DNA from: Octopus bimaculoides
Taxonomy: Eukaryota
DNA length: 64,000 nucleotides
Assembly: GCF_001194135.2 (NCBI RefSeq)
Contig: NC_068990.1
Coordinates: 72,082,336-72,146,335, forward strand
Reading direction: 5' to 3'
The translations under genes and the position numbers were made by a program. Of the stretch, positions 1 through 13,416 are shown one piece after another. A model generated the notes under the pieces. The model had not been told where the DNA came from and searched no databases. It saw nothing but the letters and a program-made list of their open reading frames with translations. How positions within the stretch are numbered: the first letter of the stretch is position 1; every line of letters starts with the position of its first letter.

Positions 1-495
1 GTCTCAAATATTCCATGCAACCATCTAATTGAAGCAAGGGCAGACAGATTCTTATTGAACAAACAGACTAAAATCAGTTGACTGGATAATATTTTTGGAA
101 CAGAACCAAGTGGAGAAATGAGTTTATTGTATATCATGTTAACAAATCTAAAAGTTGAGTTATCAGCTCCAACTATCATTCTGAAATGGTAAATAGATAT
201 GTATATCTCTGGCTGTAGAGGCTTATAACTTTAAAAGTATGTGTTTGCATGTGTGAGATAGGAAACAATTTTGTTGTATTCGAAGATCTCAATTTATGAT
301 AAGATTACAGTCACAATGGTTTCTTTGAACTAATCCCAAACACATACTTAGTCTGGTCTTTACATTCTCTGGTTCATGTGAAAAATTGATTTGCTACCTA
401 AAGGACATAATTTCCATTCTTTGCTTTCTTTTTTTCAGAATAAAAGTGCTTATTTCAATGACTGGGTTATAAAAATATTCTGATATTATTGAAAG

Positions 496-570
<75 letters not shown>

Positions 571-1096
571 TATATGTCTGTAAATAAATATATGTGTGTG
601 TGTATATATGTGTGTATATAGATATATACACATGTATACATGTATTTATGTATGTATTTGCTAGCCATTATATAAACTGCAAAAATTCAAAATGAGGACC
701 AATTTTAGTAAAGTATGTCATGTTAAAATAAAGATATTAGTCTGCATTTTATCTTGACTAGAACTAAATTATAGAATTTTATGTACTAAAAATATAATAG
801 GCAGATGAATCGATATGAAGACAATAAAATGGATGAATATGTCAGTATTTCCCTGTTGGGAGCCTGGCAAATATATTCTTAAAATATCAGACATTGAAGA
901 AATATTTATTTGTAAAGAATAAAATAGAAAATGTAAAGAAAAAGAAAAATGAAAAAAATTACCTGAACTATAACTGCCATTTTTTTTCCTGAATATGATA
1001 TATTTATATGCTTATACACACACAAACACACACACACATGTATACTTATATATGCACATATATATAGATATATAAATATATATATATATAGATATA

Positions 1097-1152
<56 letters not shown>

Positions 1153-1236
1153 NNNNNNNNNNNNNNNNNNATATAAATATAAATATATATGTATACACAC
1201 ATATGTATGCATACACACATATATATACATACATAC

Positions 1237-1278
<42 letters not shown>

Positions 1279-1654
1279 ATATATATATATATATGTATAA
1301 TGAATGAATTAGACAAAATAAACAAAAATATAATGCTAGACAAGCCAGAACATTTAGTATTTTTTTTTATACTGATATGTTTATCCCTAAACTATAGAAT
1401 AGCGATTGCCATGATACAGAGAAAAGTGAAGATGCGTTCTGTACATTCACTTCACTCCAATAGACAGTGTTATTGCTTACTCTGTATATTCCATTTGATA
1501 TGATTATCACTCTTTCTCTTGGTCTCTTTCTCTCTGTCTATTCCTATAGATGTTGTTATTATTGTCTGTATATCTTAATAGATATGGTTATTGCTGACTT
1601 TAATGAAACTGAGAAGTTCCAAACAACAAACTAAGTTTGGGAAAGAATTGTTAG

Positions 1655-2050
1655 AATGTTGGAGAAAATGCTGTGTGATATTTGATTCTGATCTTTAGAT
1701 TCTGGGTTTCAAATCCAGTTAATGTTAACTTTGCCTTTTATCATTAAGTGGTTGGTAAAATAAAATACCAGTAAAGTACCGAGGTCAAAATAACTGACTA
1801 TTTCATCTCTTGAATTTGAAAGCTTGTATCTAAACTAGAAACTATTTATTACGGCAGTGAGCTGGTAGAAGTGTTAGCTTGCCAGACAAAATACTTAGCA
1901 GCATTCTGAGTTCAAATTCCACCAAGGTCAACTTTTGCTTTTCACTCTTTTAGGGGGTCAATAAAATAAAAATCAGTTAAACACTGGGGTTTAAGTAAGT
2001 GACTGTCCTCCTCCCCTAAAATTTCAGGCCTTGTACCTATAGCAGAAAAA
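1655..2050 (+). mobile_element. Two tRNA-derived SINE copies with Deu/Nin-type central domain
   Basis: B-box ttctgagttcaaattcc followed by aggtcaacttt(t)gc(c)tttcatc..ggggtcaataaaata, a motif recurring about 15 times in the window. Domain assignment is from remembered Deu/Nin-SINE consensus. Confidence 0.75.
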
Positions 2051-3865
2051 AATTAGTATTGTTATAATATTGTTATAATATTGGTAATAAATATAGTCTA
2101 AGATATGTATAAATCTAAAAAATGGAACAAAAATGCAACAGATGACAATAAAACATCTGGACAGATAGACGATGTGAAGCTGGACAGGAAAAAACCAGTA
2201 CAGGTCATTCGCAAGTTCCTCTCATCAATCAAGTCACCAAATTATCCTTACAGTTTTGGGCAGTTACAATTAAGACTGTTCAAATCTGGCTGACCCCAAA
2301 AATCTAAGCTAAGAGCATTAAAGCTTTTGGGAGAATGCAAGCGAATGTGTAGGACAACAAAGAGGAGACAAAAACGGAGAACATGTTACACAATTACAAA
2401 TGCAAATAACAAGAAAATAACAACAGGTCTCTTTCGAGTAGTAGGGTGATGGTCCAACTCTGAGAAATATTTTAAAGATAGTTTATTTATTGCTTATACC
2501 TTGTTTATTTTCCTTTTTCAGTTCACATTCTATTTCTTTGTTAATACCAGCATCTTTTGTAATCTAGTCATGTAATGTACTCTCATCCATTTCCCTTATG
2601 GCAAGTAAACGAAATCATCGTCATGATCATCATCACCACCACCAGTGCTGCCACCACCACAATCATGGCACCATGCAGTAGGATTGAACCAAAAACACAT
2701 ATTCATGAAGTGAGCTTCTTAACCTCTTAGCTGGTTAGATACACACACACACACATGTGCGCACGTGCACACACACACTAACACAAACACACACGGACAC
2801 ACACAAATACACACACACATACACACACAAACGCACACACATATACACACAAACATACACATACTCAAACACATGCACACACAAACACACAAACACACAC
2901 AAACACACACATACACAAATATACACACATGCACACATGCACACATGCATGCACACACACACACAAACACACACATACACACAAACACACACATACACAA
3001 ATACACACACATGCACATGCACACATGCACACATGCACGCACACACACGCACACACACACACACACACACAGAGTCATTGGTGGAATCACTTTGATGAGA
3101 GCTTCTCATGATCAGGCTGAGATATACAACAACAAAAACAACAAAAGCAGCAACATCAACAACAAGAATGTGAACTTTCATTCTTTTAAAAGCTGATTAA
3201 GAACCTGTTATAGGGTACCACTAATATCAAATATGTAGTAAGTCCCACTAATAGTTATTTAATTAACTGCAGATTATTACTACAGAAATTAGTGGTTTTG
3301 TGCTAAGATGCTTTGGTGAGTCAAAAGATGGAGAAGGGAAACTCTAGTGTGTCATGTTAGACTAAATTCCTTGCAGCATTTAGTTACAGACCTTTACAGA
3401 CAAGCATTGAGGATGATTTATATTTCTGTAAAGCTTCCTAGATGTGAATAGAATCATTATAATAGAAGATAAAGGAATCATAAATCATTTTGGTTTACTC
3501 TGACAATCGCATAGTGAAACATGGAGAGCAAAGGGCAGATAACTTATCTTAGCTAAGTGAGATAAACATGATTTGTTGAATGGGTATGAGAGATATAATG
3601 AGATATAGGGAGTGTGGATGAAGGTGAGGTGTGGAAAGGAGTTAATGAGTGAGCTGGCTTGGGAGGGGATAATAGTGGGCAAAGGGGATTGTTGGAAAGT
3701 AGTTTCGGTTGCCGTGTTCCTGGAATATAAGGTGATTGTGTGGACAGGGTGAAGAAGTGTCATTTGATAGCTGAAGATGATAACAGCCAATAAAGGATCA
3801 ATAATCTGCATCTACCCCCATATCAATTTTATGTCTTTATTATTATTGCTTCCATTGTTGTTATT

Positions 3866-4075
3866 AAGGCAGTAACTTAGATGTTGTTATAGAATCAGCT
3901 AAAATGCCTGGTGGAATTTGTTTCAGTCCTCTACACTCTGAGTTCAAACCATGCCAAGATCAATTTCATTCTTCATCCTTCTGGGATTGATACAATAAAG
4001 TATAAGATACAAATTTCAATATATTATCAACTGTTCCCATTTACCAAATTTCTGACCTTATGTCTACATTAGAAA
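3866..4075 (+). mobile_element. Degenerate Deu/Nin-type SINE
   Basis: ctctgagttcaaacc...ttcatccttctgggattgatacaataaagta, same family as 1851-2050. Confidence 0.65.
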
Positions 4076-4097
4076 CACATCATCATCATCATCATCG

Positions 4098-4134
<37 letters not shown>

Positions 4135-4144
4135 TATTATTATT

Positions 4145-4706
4145 ATTGAGTGAGAGAGCAGCACATGCCATCTAAGTGGCACTGGAGTACTAATATACAA
4201 AGCCCAGTATATCCGTCATGACTACTCATCTGATAAGGGGACACCAGGCACATGCAACACAACCATGTGTGCATGACATGATGATCTCATATCAAGATAA
4301 ACAGTGCATGACCTTGCAGGTGGGGGACCAGTTAGAATTTTCTTCAGGTCGAGTAGCCCATCCCACTCCAAAAGTCCCTGTATAAGGTTTGTTTAAGGAT
4401 GATGAATGAAACAGCCATATTTCCAGAAGTGAATTATTCAAACCCCAAAGAATTCTTTGCAACACATGGCTATGATGTTCCCCAACTACTTCTGCTCATG
4501 ATCAGAGATGCACATATCATCAGCCACTAAGGGACAAGCTCAACTGGTCATGGTCAAACAACTGACAAGTAAATCAGTGGTATTGAGCAGAATATTTGCT
4601 GTAGCCTATCTTTTATACCAAGACAAAACAAGTACATGATAATACTTCCAATTCAGTTAAGAAGAAAAGCCATGAGAGTCACGGCCTGGTAATGCACCAG
4701 GGCATC
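4145..4706. mobile_element. Unclassified ~560-bp interspersed repeat flanked by (ATC)n/(ATT)n and (ATT)n(GTT)n
   Basis: GC-richer island between trinucleotide tracts with no ORF. It resembles a high-copy octopus non-autonomous repeat as remembered; only one copy is in this window. Confidence 0.45.
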
Positions 4707-4726
4707 TATGATTGTTATTATTATTA

Positions 4727-4806
<80 letters not shown>

Positions 4807-4814
4807 ATCATTAT

Positions 4815-5300
4815 TCAAAGTTGACTTTACCTTTCATCCATTTGGGGGTCCATAATATAAGTACGAGTTGAATGATGGGGTATATGTAATTAACTTACCT
4901 GTCCCCTGAGACTGTTGGCCTCGGAACCATTATTATGATTATTATAATTGTTCTTATTGCTGTTACTATTATTATTCAAGGCTGACTTTGCCTTTCATCC
5001 TTTTGGGGTTGATGAAATAAGTACCAGTGGAGCATTAGGCTCGATATAATCGACTATCCCCATTTCACCCAAGTTTCAGGCCTTGTGCTTCTATAGCAGA
5101 AAGAATTATTATCATTATTAGGGTAGACTGGCAGAATTGTCAGAGCATTGAACAAAAATTCTTTATTATGTTTAGTTATGGCTCTCTGCATACTGAGTTC
5201 AAATTCCATAGAGGTCATCTTTGTCTTTTATCCTTCTTGGGCTGATAAATTAAAGAGTCAGACAAGTACTTGGGTCAGTTTATTTAACTGGTTTTGTGTT
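4815..5300 (+). mobile_element. Cluster of three Deu/Nin-type SINE fragments
   Basis: Repeated gactttgcctttcatccttttggggttgat..aataagtacc cores at about 4820, 4980 and 5210. Confidence 0.7.
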
Positions 5301-5458
5301 TATTTTAGAAGCAGTTATTATTATTATCATTAAAAAGGAAAGAGACGATAGTCATCATCATCATCATCATCATCATTACATCTGCTTACCATACTGGCAT
5401 GTGTTGGACAGATTGTGATATTTCAAATCAGTTCTTATTGGAAAGCTCAATCCTTCCA

Positions 5459-5868
5459 ATATGCCCATGGGCATATGGCATAGTGGTTAAGAGCACGGGC
5501 TACAAGCCCCAAGATTCCGAGTTCGATTCCAAGCAGTGACCTGAACAATAATGACAATAATAATGATAATAATAATAATAATAATAATACCAGGCCTACC
5601 ATCCCTAAAGGAAGTACAAAAAATCGTGTTAACTGGAACGATTCATGTACTGAGAAGAGCATTATTGCTATGAAAACAACATCCATTCATGAATTTATTA
5701 ATTTTTTTACATACATATTTTACCTGTGAATTTGCGTGTGTAAACTGGGAATGCATACAATGAACTCTGTCCTAGGTGTACGGAAAACACTCAGCGAGAA
5801 ATGGAAGAAAATTTGAAGAAAGAAGAAAAGAAGACAACATAATGATAATGATAATAATAATAATAATC

Positions 5869-5904
<36 letters not shown>

Positions 5905-6080
5905 TTGAAAAATACCTTAGGAATGAGAACCCAGGTTCGAAATTATCCCAAGACACTTGAAGAAGGCTGGAGGGTATATCAGCCAAAACGTGTTAACAAC
6001 AAACAAGATGAGGACAAATATCTGTTGAATGTAAATAATGTAAATAATGCACATAGTTCCTCATCTCTTAAATATATAAC
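5459..6080 (+). mobile_element. Composite tRNA-head/(AAT)n/hammerhead-module element, interrupted by an R4/Dong-like 3' end
   Basis: A box tggcatagtgg and B box gagttcgattc at 5476-5530; (AAT)n; then a module (gaatgagaacccaggttcgaaa...cctcatctcttaaatat) collinear with 48030-48198. The hammerhead core is mutated here (ttgaaga...caaaacg). Confidence 0.85.
5590..5840 (+). mobile_element. 5'-truncated R4/Dong-like RLE non-LTR retrotransposon end nested in (AAT)n
   Basis: Translates PGLPSLKEVQKIVLTGTIHVLRRALLL*, matching the C-terminus LQKLALLGTARILHKVLSV of the copy at 52.7 kb; flanked on both sides by (AAT)n. Confidence 0.7.
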
Positions 6081-6284
6081 TGAAGTTCCAGTCATGTACT
6101 GGAATTTAATAAAAAATTGTACTCTTAAAATTTAAAGTTAAATAGCAGTAGCATTCTTCCCTTTCCTGGGACTGCCACATTAAGTTGGCACCAAACCATG
6201 ACTTTATCGTGCTGCTACTGTATAAGTCTCTCTGAGAGATTTAGAAATGGCAATATTTCTAATACTAATTTTAATCTTTTTCAG

Positions 6285-6506
6285 AAAACTAATTTCCATC
6301 GCAGTCATACCTTGAATTACCATAACGGTTATCGCGTAGAGAAATTAGTTCAAAGAGGAATTGGTGGAGAAATTCTCGATAAGAACCAGTTGAATGAACA
6401 AGAACTTCAGGAATTGGCCAATTTCCACACCCTACAGACCTATGGTGAACCAAAACCAGCAGCTCCTGATCCTTTTATTCCTGCACATGTCACCTTAAAT
6501 AACAAA
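6285..6506 (+). CDS. EFHC1: EFHC1 internal coding exon (N-terminal region, KTNFHRSHTLNYHNGY...FIPAHVTLNNK)
   Basis: Acceptor ttttcag and donor aaa|gtaagt bound 222 nt, phase 0-0. The translation aligns by eye to EFHC1 KTAFHRSQTLSYRNGY...GIGG...[23 protein letters not shown] and fits EFHC1 better than EFHC2. Confidence 0.95.
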
Positions 6507-6523
6507 GTAAGTTAATTTAGGTA

Positions 6524-6574
<51 letters not shown>

Positions 6575-6905
6575 CATATGTGTGTGTATGTGTCTGTGTA
6601 TGTATATACATATATGTGTATAAATATATATGTATGTGTTCGTGCATAAATTGAGCATATAATCATTAAAATGATTATATCAGTAGCCAGTGTGTAAAAA
6701 CGACCATATTGGTAAAATTAATATTTTAGTATATAATTATAAATATATAATTATAATTATATACTTAAATATATGTGTATACACACACACACATATATAT
6801 ATATATTATTCTCTGTTTCAAATGAATTTTTTGATGTTCTCTTTCTATGTATTCTGTATTTTCTGTTGAGGATATATTATAAACAGTTTTTTTTTTTGAT
6901 TTCAG

Positions 6906-7056
6906 GTTCTTAGATTTTATTGCTTTTTTAAAGAAACTGTGAATGAATCCCCACAGGAATTCTATCGTGTACGACCTTGCAAGATCTACTACTTCATTGT
7001 TGACGATACTATAAGTGTGAATGAACCACCTGTTGATAACAGTGGAATAGCACAAG
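6906..7056 (+). CDS. EFHC1: EFHC1 exon, first half of DM10 domain 1 (VLRFYCFFKETVNESPQEFYRVRPCKIYYFIVDDTISVNEPPVDNSGIAQG)
   Basis: Poly-T tract plus ttcag acceptor, donor g|gttggt; 151 nt, phase 0-1. Carries the DM10 motifs VLRF, YY..DDT and EP...NSG..QG. Not in the ORF track because it has no start codon. Confidence 0.95.
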
Positions 7057-8429
7057 GTTGGTAAAATAGTTCTTGGTTAAGTGCCTTGCTTGATATGCCC
7101 TGAAAACTTTCGTGCAACCTTACAAAATATGTTACTGTTATCTTTGTGACAACTATCCAATGACTACTATCATGGTAAATACAGGTGACACGTCCAGACA
7201 AGTTCCAGTCTTATCAAACCCCATCAATGAAGCATAACCTGCTCTATACATGCCAAGTTATTCATGAGAGAATCACAATATTGATGTAAAAATAATGTAA
7301 ACATGTAGGCATAGAAGTGTATCATAATGGCCGAGGGAAGTCACTTGGAATGTTCCATCTTCACAAAAAAATAACAGTCAAGATAAATATATACCTACAT
7401 ATAGCTATATTTGTGTACCTGTCTGTCTGTCTGTATTAATGTGTGTCTGTATACACACACACGTGCACACACACACACACACACACGAACACACACACAC
7501 ACACACATACACACACACGTCAACCTACAAAATAAGCAGTTGTGATGAATTAGGTATAATTCTTATTTCTTTTTCTCTTCCTTCTCTTAATCCTTTTACT
7601 TTCGCCAGAGTCTCATCTCTTTCTTTTCCTCCATGAGCACCCATCTGACAAAGTATTTATAAAAACTTCATAATATGGTAATTGTAGGAGCAGAAAAGAA
7701 TAATAGTTATACATACAAGATGGAAGAAGAGCACATGCATCCCATTGCCTTCATACAACTGTACATTAATCTAATAATATGAAAAATCTTGCATGATTTG
7801 AAGAAAACACTTTTACATAAGTGGGTAAGAGAAATAACTCACTGATTGCAATTGAAAGGAAATGAATTATACATGAATTGGGTGACATAATCAATGTCAT
7901 GTGTAAAGATTCTTAATTGAAATTTCCTTCTAAATTAGAGAAAACAAATAGGTAATTACAACTGTTAGTCATTTTCAGTGGAAAAGGGAGATAATTTCAA
8001 GAAATTAATGGTTTATTCTCTCATATTTATTTAGATGTTGAGAAAGAATAGACTGATATTTTTTTGCAGACAAGTAATAACAAAGGACATGTTTTGGTCT
8101 ATTTAAGTATATTTACTCAAACCAGCAAAATAGATAGATGTTTACTTATACAAAAAGTTACGTAAATTTTTAGTCAGAATAATTTGTATAGCTAAACACA
8201 GAAAGATCAATGGGAAATAGTTCATATGGGCCAAAGGTGTAAATATAGATAATTAGGTTACAGGCTGCTTAACTGAGTGCTATACACACAAAAATTTTTA
8301 AGCTAATGAAATTTCTTGTGTTGGAGTAGAAAATATAACAACAAAACGTTAAGGGGAAAATAATTTTAAGAAATTAAGAAGTAATTTTTTAAGGTAAGAA
8401 AGAAAACTTGTGTCTTAGTTTACAGACAC

Positions 8430-8900
8430 TATACCAGCCAAAAATATGTATAACTATTTTTCTACACATAAAATTTATCTATTGGTTAGCACACTCATTT
8501 AGTTTGTACTATGCTGATGAGATTTAATAGGCCAAAACATGTCCATAGTTGTCCCTTTGCTACAAACAAATTGAATTTGAGAAATTGTGTGTCTATACAG
8601 ACAGCACACCCATTCATTCAAATACAGAAGAAAACAAAAACTAAATCCCTCTACATTATCAAAGAACATCTGGCAGTTGAATAACCAAGAAATAGATTAC
8701 CATGTAATCAAATGGAGCATAGCTGCAAAGAGAAAGATATACAATAGATTGACAGTAATTGCAGCTTATGAGCATCTGAAAACTTTAATATATCAAATCT
8801 GCTGGGCAGTATCCTAAATAAGAAGGAAGAAACTTACTCTTCTTGTTTACACGAAAGAAAATTCAAGATATAAAGTTTAACGCATATCACTCTCTTAGAA
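8430..8900 (+). mobile_element. Degenerate Penelope-like element (GIY-YIG endonuclease C-terminus)
   Basis: HTHSFKYRRKQKLNPSTLSKNIWQLNNQEIDYHVIKWSIAAK, then after a frameshift SNCSL*...ILNKKEETYSSCLHERKF. This is the H..SF/STLSK.IW.L/Y.I.W.I/C.LC/LN.R.E...C.H pattern of PLE GIY-YIG domains. Confidence 0.8.
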
Positions 8901-9169
8901 ACATTTCAACTATAAACAAGATTAAAAGAATAGTCAAAAGCTGAACCTTTAATCACACAATAATGTTAAATTTCCCATTATTAAAGTAAGTACTTGTATT
9001 AGCTTGTTTGATATATGTGTTTGTCTTCCTACAGGCATATATGTATGTTATTGCTTTGTTCTGATTTGGTTACTGTCTCACAAAGGTTTTAGATGTGAGG
9101 ACTCGGCTGTTAGATGTGAGAACAGCTTTTGGTTACAGCCAAGTAGATTGATTATATTATGGTATATCA

Positions 9170-9995
9170 TCATCATCATCATCATCGTTTAACGTCCGCT
9201 TTCCATGCTAGCATGGGTTGGATGATTTGACTGAGGACTGGTGAAACCGGATGGCAACACCAGGCTCCAATCTAAATTTGGCAGAGTTTCTACAGCTGGA
9301 TGCCCTTCCTAACGCCAACCACTCAGAGAGTGTAGCAGGTGCTTTTACGTGTCACCCGCACGAAGGCCAGTCAGGCGATACTGGCAACGGCCACGCTCGA
9401 AATGGTGTCTTTTATGTGCCACCCGCACAAGAGCCAGTCCAGGGGCACTGGCAACGATCTTGCTCGAAAATCCTACGAAGGCCAGTCAGGCGGTACTGGC
9501 AACGGCCACGCTCNNNNNNNNNNNNNNNNNNNNNNNNNNNNNNNNNNNNNNNNNNNNNNNNNNNNNNNNNNNNNNNNNNNNNNNNNNNNNNNNNNNNNNN
9601 NNNNNNNNNNNAGGGTGTGGCACTTTTTCACACAGCTATCCTCATCCATTCTCACCACATGTCCATACCAGCGCAATCGTCTCTCTTGCACACCACAACT
9701 GATGCTTCTAATGTTCAGCTTTTCTCTCAAGATACTTACACTCTGACGGGTATTCACATCCAACGGAGCATACTGGCTTCATTCCTTGCGAGCTTACGCA
9801 TGTCCTCAGCAGTTACAGCCCATGTTTCACTGCCATGTAGCATGGCTGTTCGTACACATGCCTCATACAGTCTGCCTTTTACTCTGAGTGAGAGTCCCTT
9901 TGTCGCCAGCAGAGGTAAGAGCTCTCTAAACTTTGCCCAGGCTATTTTTTTCTCCTGTTCATTATTACTAACAATCTCTCTCACACACACACATC
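9170..9995 (-). mobile_element. 3' end of RTE-clade LINE with 3' UTR and (GAT)n tail
   Basis: Minus-strand AWAKFRELLPLL...KGRLYEACVRTAMLHGSETWAV and RRLRWYGHVVRMDEDSCVKKC. The UTR ends gcatggaaagcggacgttaaacgatgatgat and is near-identical to 63650-64000. Confidence 0.9.
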
Positions 9996-10374
9996 ATGAT
10001 ACGTGTTTCATGTCACTGAGATCTTCAGGTGAGAACTGTTACAACTTGGTGATGGTGATGTATTTATTGGTGTAGATATGATTCCATGCTTGTGTCTGTT
10101 TAATATCTGGTTTTTACACTTGCTGATTGGCTGTTATTTTTGTGTTTTTTCACTGATTATTTTTAGATATGGAGGTGTGATATTAATTTGCATATCCATT
10201 GCAGATTTAATAATCTAGTTAAAGTCGTTCTTTTGTTAATTTTCTTTTATTGCATTGTGTTTTCACATGTTATGAGATTTTTAAAGGTGTCTGTGAGTGA
10301 GTTGGTGTGAAACTAATTAAGGATGGTTCTATTTATAGAAGATGATTCATGGCTGAATGGTTTTCGTATGACTC

Positions 10375-10670
10375 ATCATCATTACCATCTTCATCGTCAT
10401 TGTTGTTGTTGTCATCATCGTTGCCGCTGTCAACATTTAGCATCTGTTTTCCATGCTGGTATGGGTTGGATGATTTGACAGGAGCTGACAAGCCAGAGAG
10501 GTGCACTAGGCTCTATTTGTCTGTTTCACAATGGTTTCTACTGTTGGATGCCCTTCCTAATGGTAACCACTTTACAGAGTGTGCTTGGTACATTTTACAT
10601 GGCACCAGCATGGGTGCTTTTCACGTGGGACTTTTGCTGGTGCTTTTGATGCATGGGTGCTTTTTACAAG
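10375..10670 (-). mobile_element. Older copy of RTE-type 3' tail
   Basis: tttccatgctggtatgggttggatgatttgac...gttggatgcccttcctaatgg, collinear with 9190-9350. Confidence 0.75.
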
Positions 10671-11129
10671 TGTTTGTGTTAATTCAATGGGAGTGACTAT
10701 TTCAAATGTGGTATGAGACTAGTCATGAGATGAAAGTTCATTTTCAATAGGCAATATGTGTGTGTATGTGTGTGTATGCATGCATACATGTGTGCAACAA
10801 AATATGTGTGTGTGCAACAAAACCTTCAGAAACTAGAAATACTTGAACAAGTAATACTCTTATCAGAATTAGAATCTCAAGAAGGACAATCATGCAATAT
10901 CAACAGTAATATTTATACAACAAATATGTACACAATAATATGTATACAACAAAACCACTGTAAGCCAAGGAACCAAGAACCATTATTATATAGGTCTAAT
11001 TTGACTAGAACTAGAATTTCAATGAAGGGCAACTTAGAACCATGAGGATACAAAATAGAAAAGTTTCACAGTCAACAAGCACATCATATATGTACACGTA
11101 CATATATATTATATAAAGTATATATAGGA

Positions 11130-11342
11130 TGGCATACTGGCAGAATCGTTAGCATGTTGGGTGAAATGCTTTGCAGTATTTTGACTGTCTTCACGTTCTG
11201 AGTTCAAATTCTACTGAGGTTGAATTTGTCTTTCATCTTTTTGAGCTCAATAAAATAAGTACGAGTTGAGTGCTGGGGTCAATGTAATTGACTTACCTTC
11301 TATCCCAAACCTGCTGGCCTAGTGCCAAACTTTGAAACCATT
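11130..11342 (+). mobile_element. Full-length Deu/Nin-type tRNA SINE
   Basis: ggcagaatcgttagcatg head, B-box, Deu/Nin core, and tail ggcctagtgccaaactttgaaacc. Confidence 0.8.
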
Positions 11343-12084
11343 ATATGAAATATATAGACACACACAGATATATGTTTCTATCTATCTATCTATCTATCCA
11401 TCTCTCTCTATCTATCTATCTTATCTATCGATCTGTCTATATATTTATGTTTATATTATCATCATATGATGTGATAAATATTTATTGTTATGTTGTCTGA
11501 TGTCTGATATCATTAATTATAGCTTGCTTTTGACAATGTGGTAATTGTCTTGTTTTGTCATTTTAAAAAGTAAAACAATAATCATGAATTGTTGGCAATT
11601 GTTGAAAATCACTTGTAATGTCTTTGCCAAATTTTTTATTACAACCTAAACATAGAATTATCTGTAGAATGATAGTGGAAAGCTCTATGAAATGTTTCTT
11701 AATGTTATCTCTCTGAAATAAGCAAAGGATGAAATGTCTGGTGGTTTTAAATTATATCCCTTAATGATCAGCTCTGACTTTTGCCTTTTCAGCATTGATA
11801 AAATAAGTACAGGGGCATGTATGTGTGTGTGCATGTGTATGTATGTATGTATGTATGTATGTATGTATGTATGTATGTGCATGTGTGTGTGCATGCGTGC
11901 GTACATGTGTGTGTGTGCATGTGTGTGAGTGTGTATGTATGCATGTATGTATGTATGTATGTATGTATGTATCTATCTATCTATCTATCTATCTATCTGG
12001 TGGGATGAGTAAATTGTCGCCATTTTATATTTTTAATTTTGCACATGCACATTGTTTGTTCTTGATTTTGTTGACTACACAGTA

Positions 12085-12790
12085 CAGTAGGGTCAGTTGG
12101 GCACTGTCTTTGGGAAAAACAGGACCATGATGCAATTCACTCTGTCAGAAATTTGGAAACGACATGCTGTACTGTTTGGCATTCACACTGGAAGCTCCAA
12201 TATGAACATTTTAGTGTTGGGTGTCAATCTGAGGACATGCACCGGGAGTGATAAAAATCAAACATCCAGTCAACATCATGGTGTTTGGAGTGATCACTAG
12301 TGATGGTGATGTTATGCCTCCATTCATCTTCCCACATGGCCTCAGACTCAACATGGAACCCTACATTGAATGCCTGGAGACGGTAGTGCTGCCCTGGGTC
12401 AAGTGAGTGGCTGCTGGAACACCCTATCCCTGGCAACAAGACTCTGCACCATGCCACATAAGCAGGAGAACCCAGTCATGGCTGTTGGACAATTTCTGTG
12501 GTCACATCACCCCTAACATCTGGCCACCTAACTCCCCACACTTGAACCCCATTGATTATTATGTGTGGGGTACAGTTGAGTGAGAGACCAAGAAAACTCT
12601 TTGTAACATCAAAGATGAACTGAAGGGAAGGATTATGGCAGCATTCACCAACTTAAACAAGGTGACCATCCAGAAGAGTTGCAGGAGATTTTGAAGTCGT
12701 CTAGAGGTCGTGGTTGAAGCCAATGGCGATTTTATTGAATAAATTTACTGTTTAGTATTTCAATATATTTTTATGAAAATGAGATGTACA
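12085..12790 (+). mobile_element. Internally deleted Tc1/mariner transposon, maT (DD37D)-like
   Basis: HPVNIMVFGVITSDGDVMPPFIFPHGLRLN...WQQDSAPCH...WPPNSPHLNPIDYYVWG...RLEVVVEANGDFIE* with in-frame stops. TIRs were not resolved. Confidence 0.85.
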
Positions 12791-12911
12791 GGTGCCAGTT
12801 ACATGACACCAGTTACATGACACTTGGCTTGTTGGGTCTTCTCGAGAACAGCATATAGCCAAAGATTTTGGTCACTAGTCATTGCTTCTGTGAGGTCCAA
12901 AGTTTGAAGAA

Positions 12912-12944
<33 letters not shown>

Positions 12945-13416
12945 CTAATATAATATAATATAAAAATTGATATAAACAGTTAGGTGCAATATAAAACCAT
13001 AAAGGAAAACTTTAATCATTGCTAATTGTAACTGAGGATGCTGAAGCACCTATATCGCAAGAAATAAGAGTTAAAATCTCTTAATTCTGTATAAAGCACA
13101 CAATATATATACACTGACAGAGGAGATAACCACCCCAAGAACGACTCCATTGATCACTGGACTAGACTAGTTTTGCCTATCAGTCATAGGCTCATCAGCA
13201 GTGACTACTCAATTGCTCTATATTTTGGCTAAATCGGACTATCAGTATATATATTTACCATATAGATTTATGGCTGATTTAGCAAAATGCTAATATGTAT
13301 ATTAAAAATTAATATAAACAACTATATGTGCGTGTGTGCGCATGTACAATTGACTATACAGCTTTTGGAAAATGCAATCTGTGTAAATTTTAAAAATCAA
13401 TGTTATTTCTCTGTAG

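Noticed and set aside
2105-2460. 62-aa ORF and purine-rich tail, faintly LINE-like
   Set aside because: Similarity is too weak to assign by eye and there are no splice signals linking it to EFHC1.
5664-5677. RFX X-box match (attgctatgaaaac) about 600 bp upstream of the first found EFHC1 exon, attractive for a ciliary gene
   Set aside because: It overlaps the stop codon of the R4/Dong-like remnant, the motif is degenerate, and the true first exon and promoter were not located.
6129-6284. In-frame upstream extension containing ILPFPGT (resembling EFHC1 GLPFLPGT) and the ATG at 6198 used by the ORF track
   Set aside because: The match lacks a residue, has no upstream in-frame ATG after the stop at 6126 and no convincing donor. 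6255-6284 is a typical acceptor tract. The real first exon is probably outside the window or in a gap.
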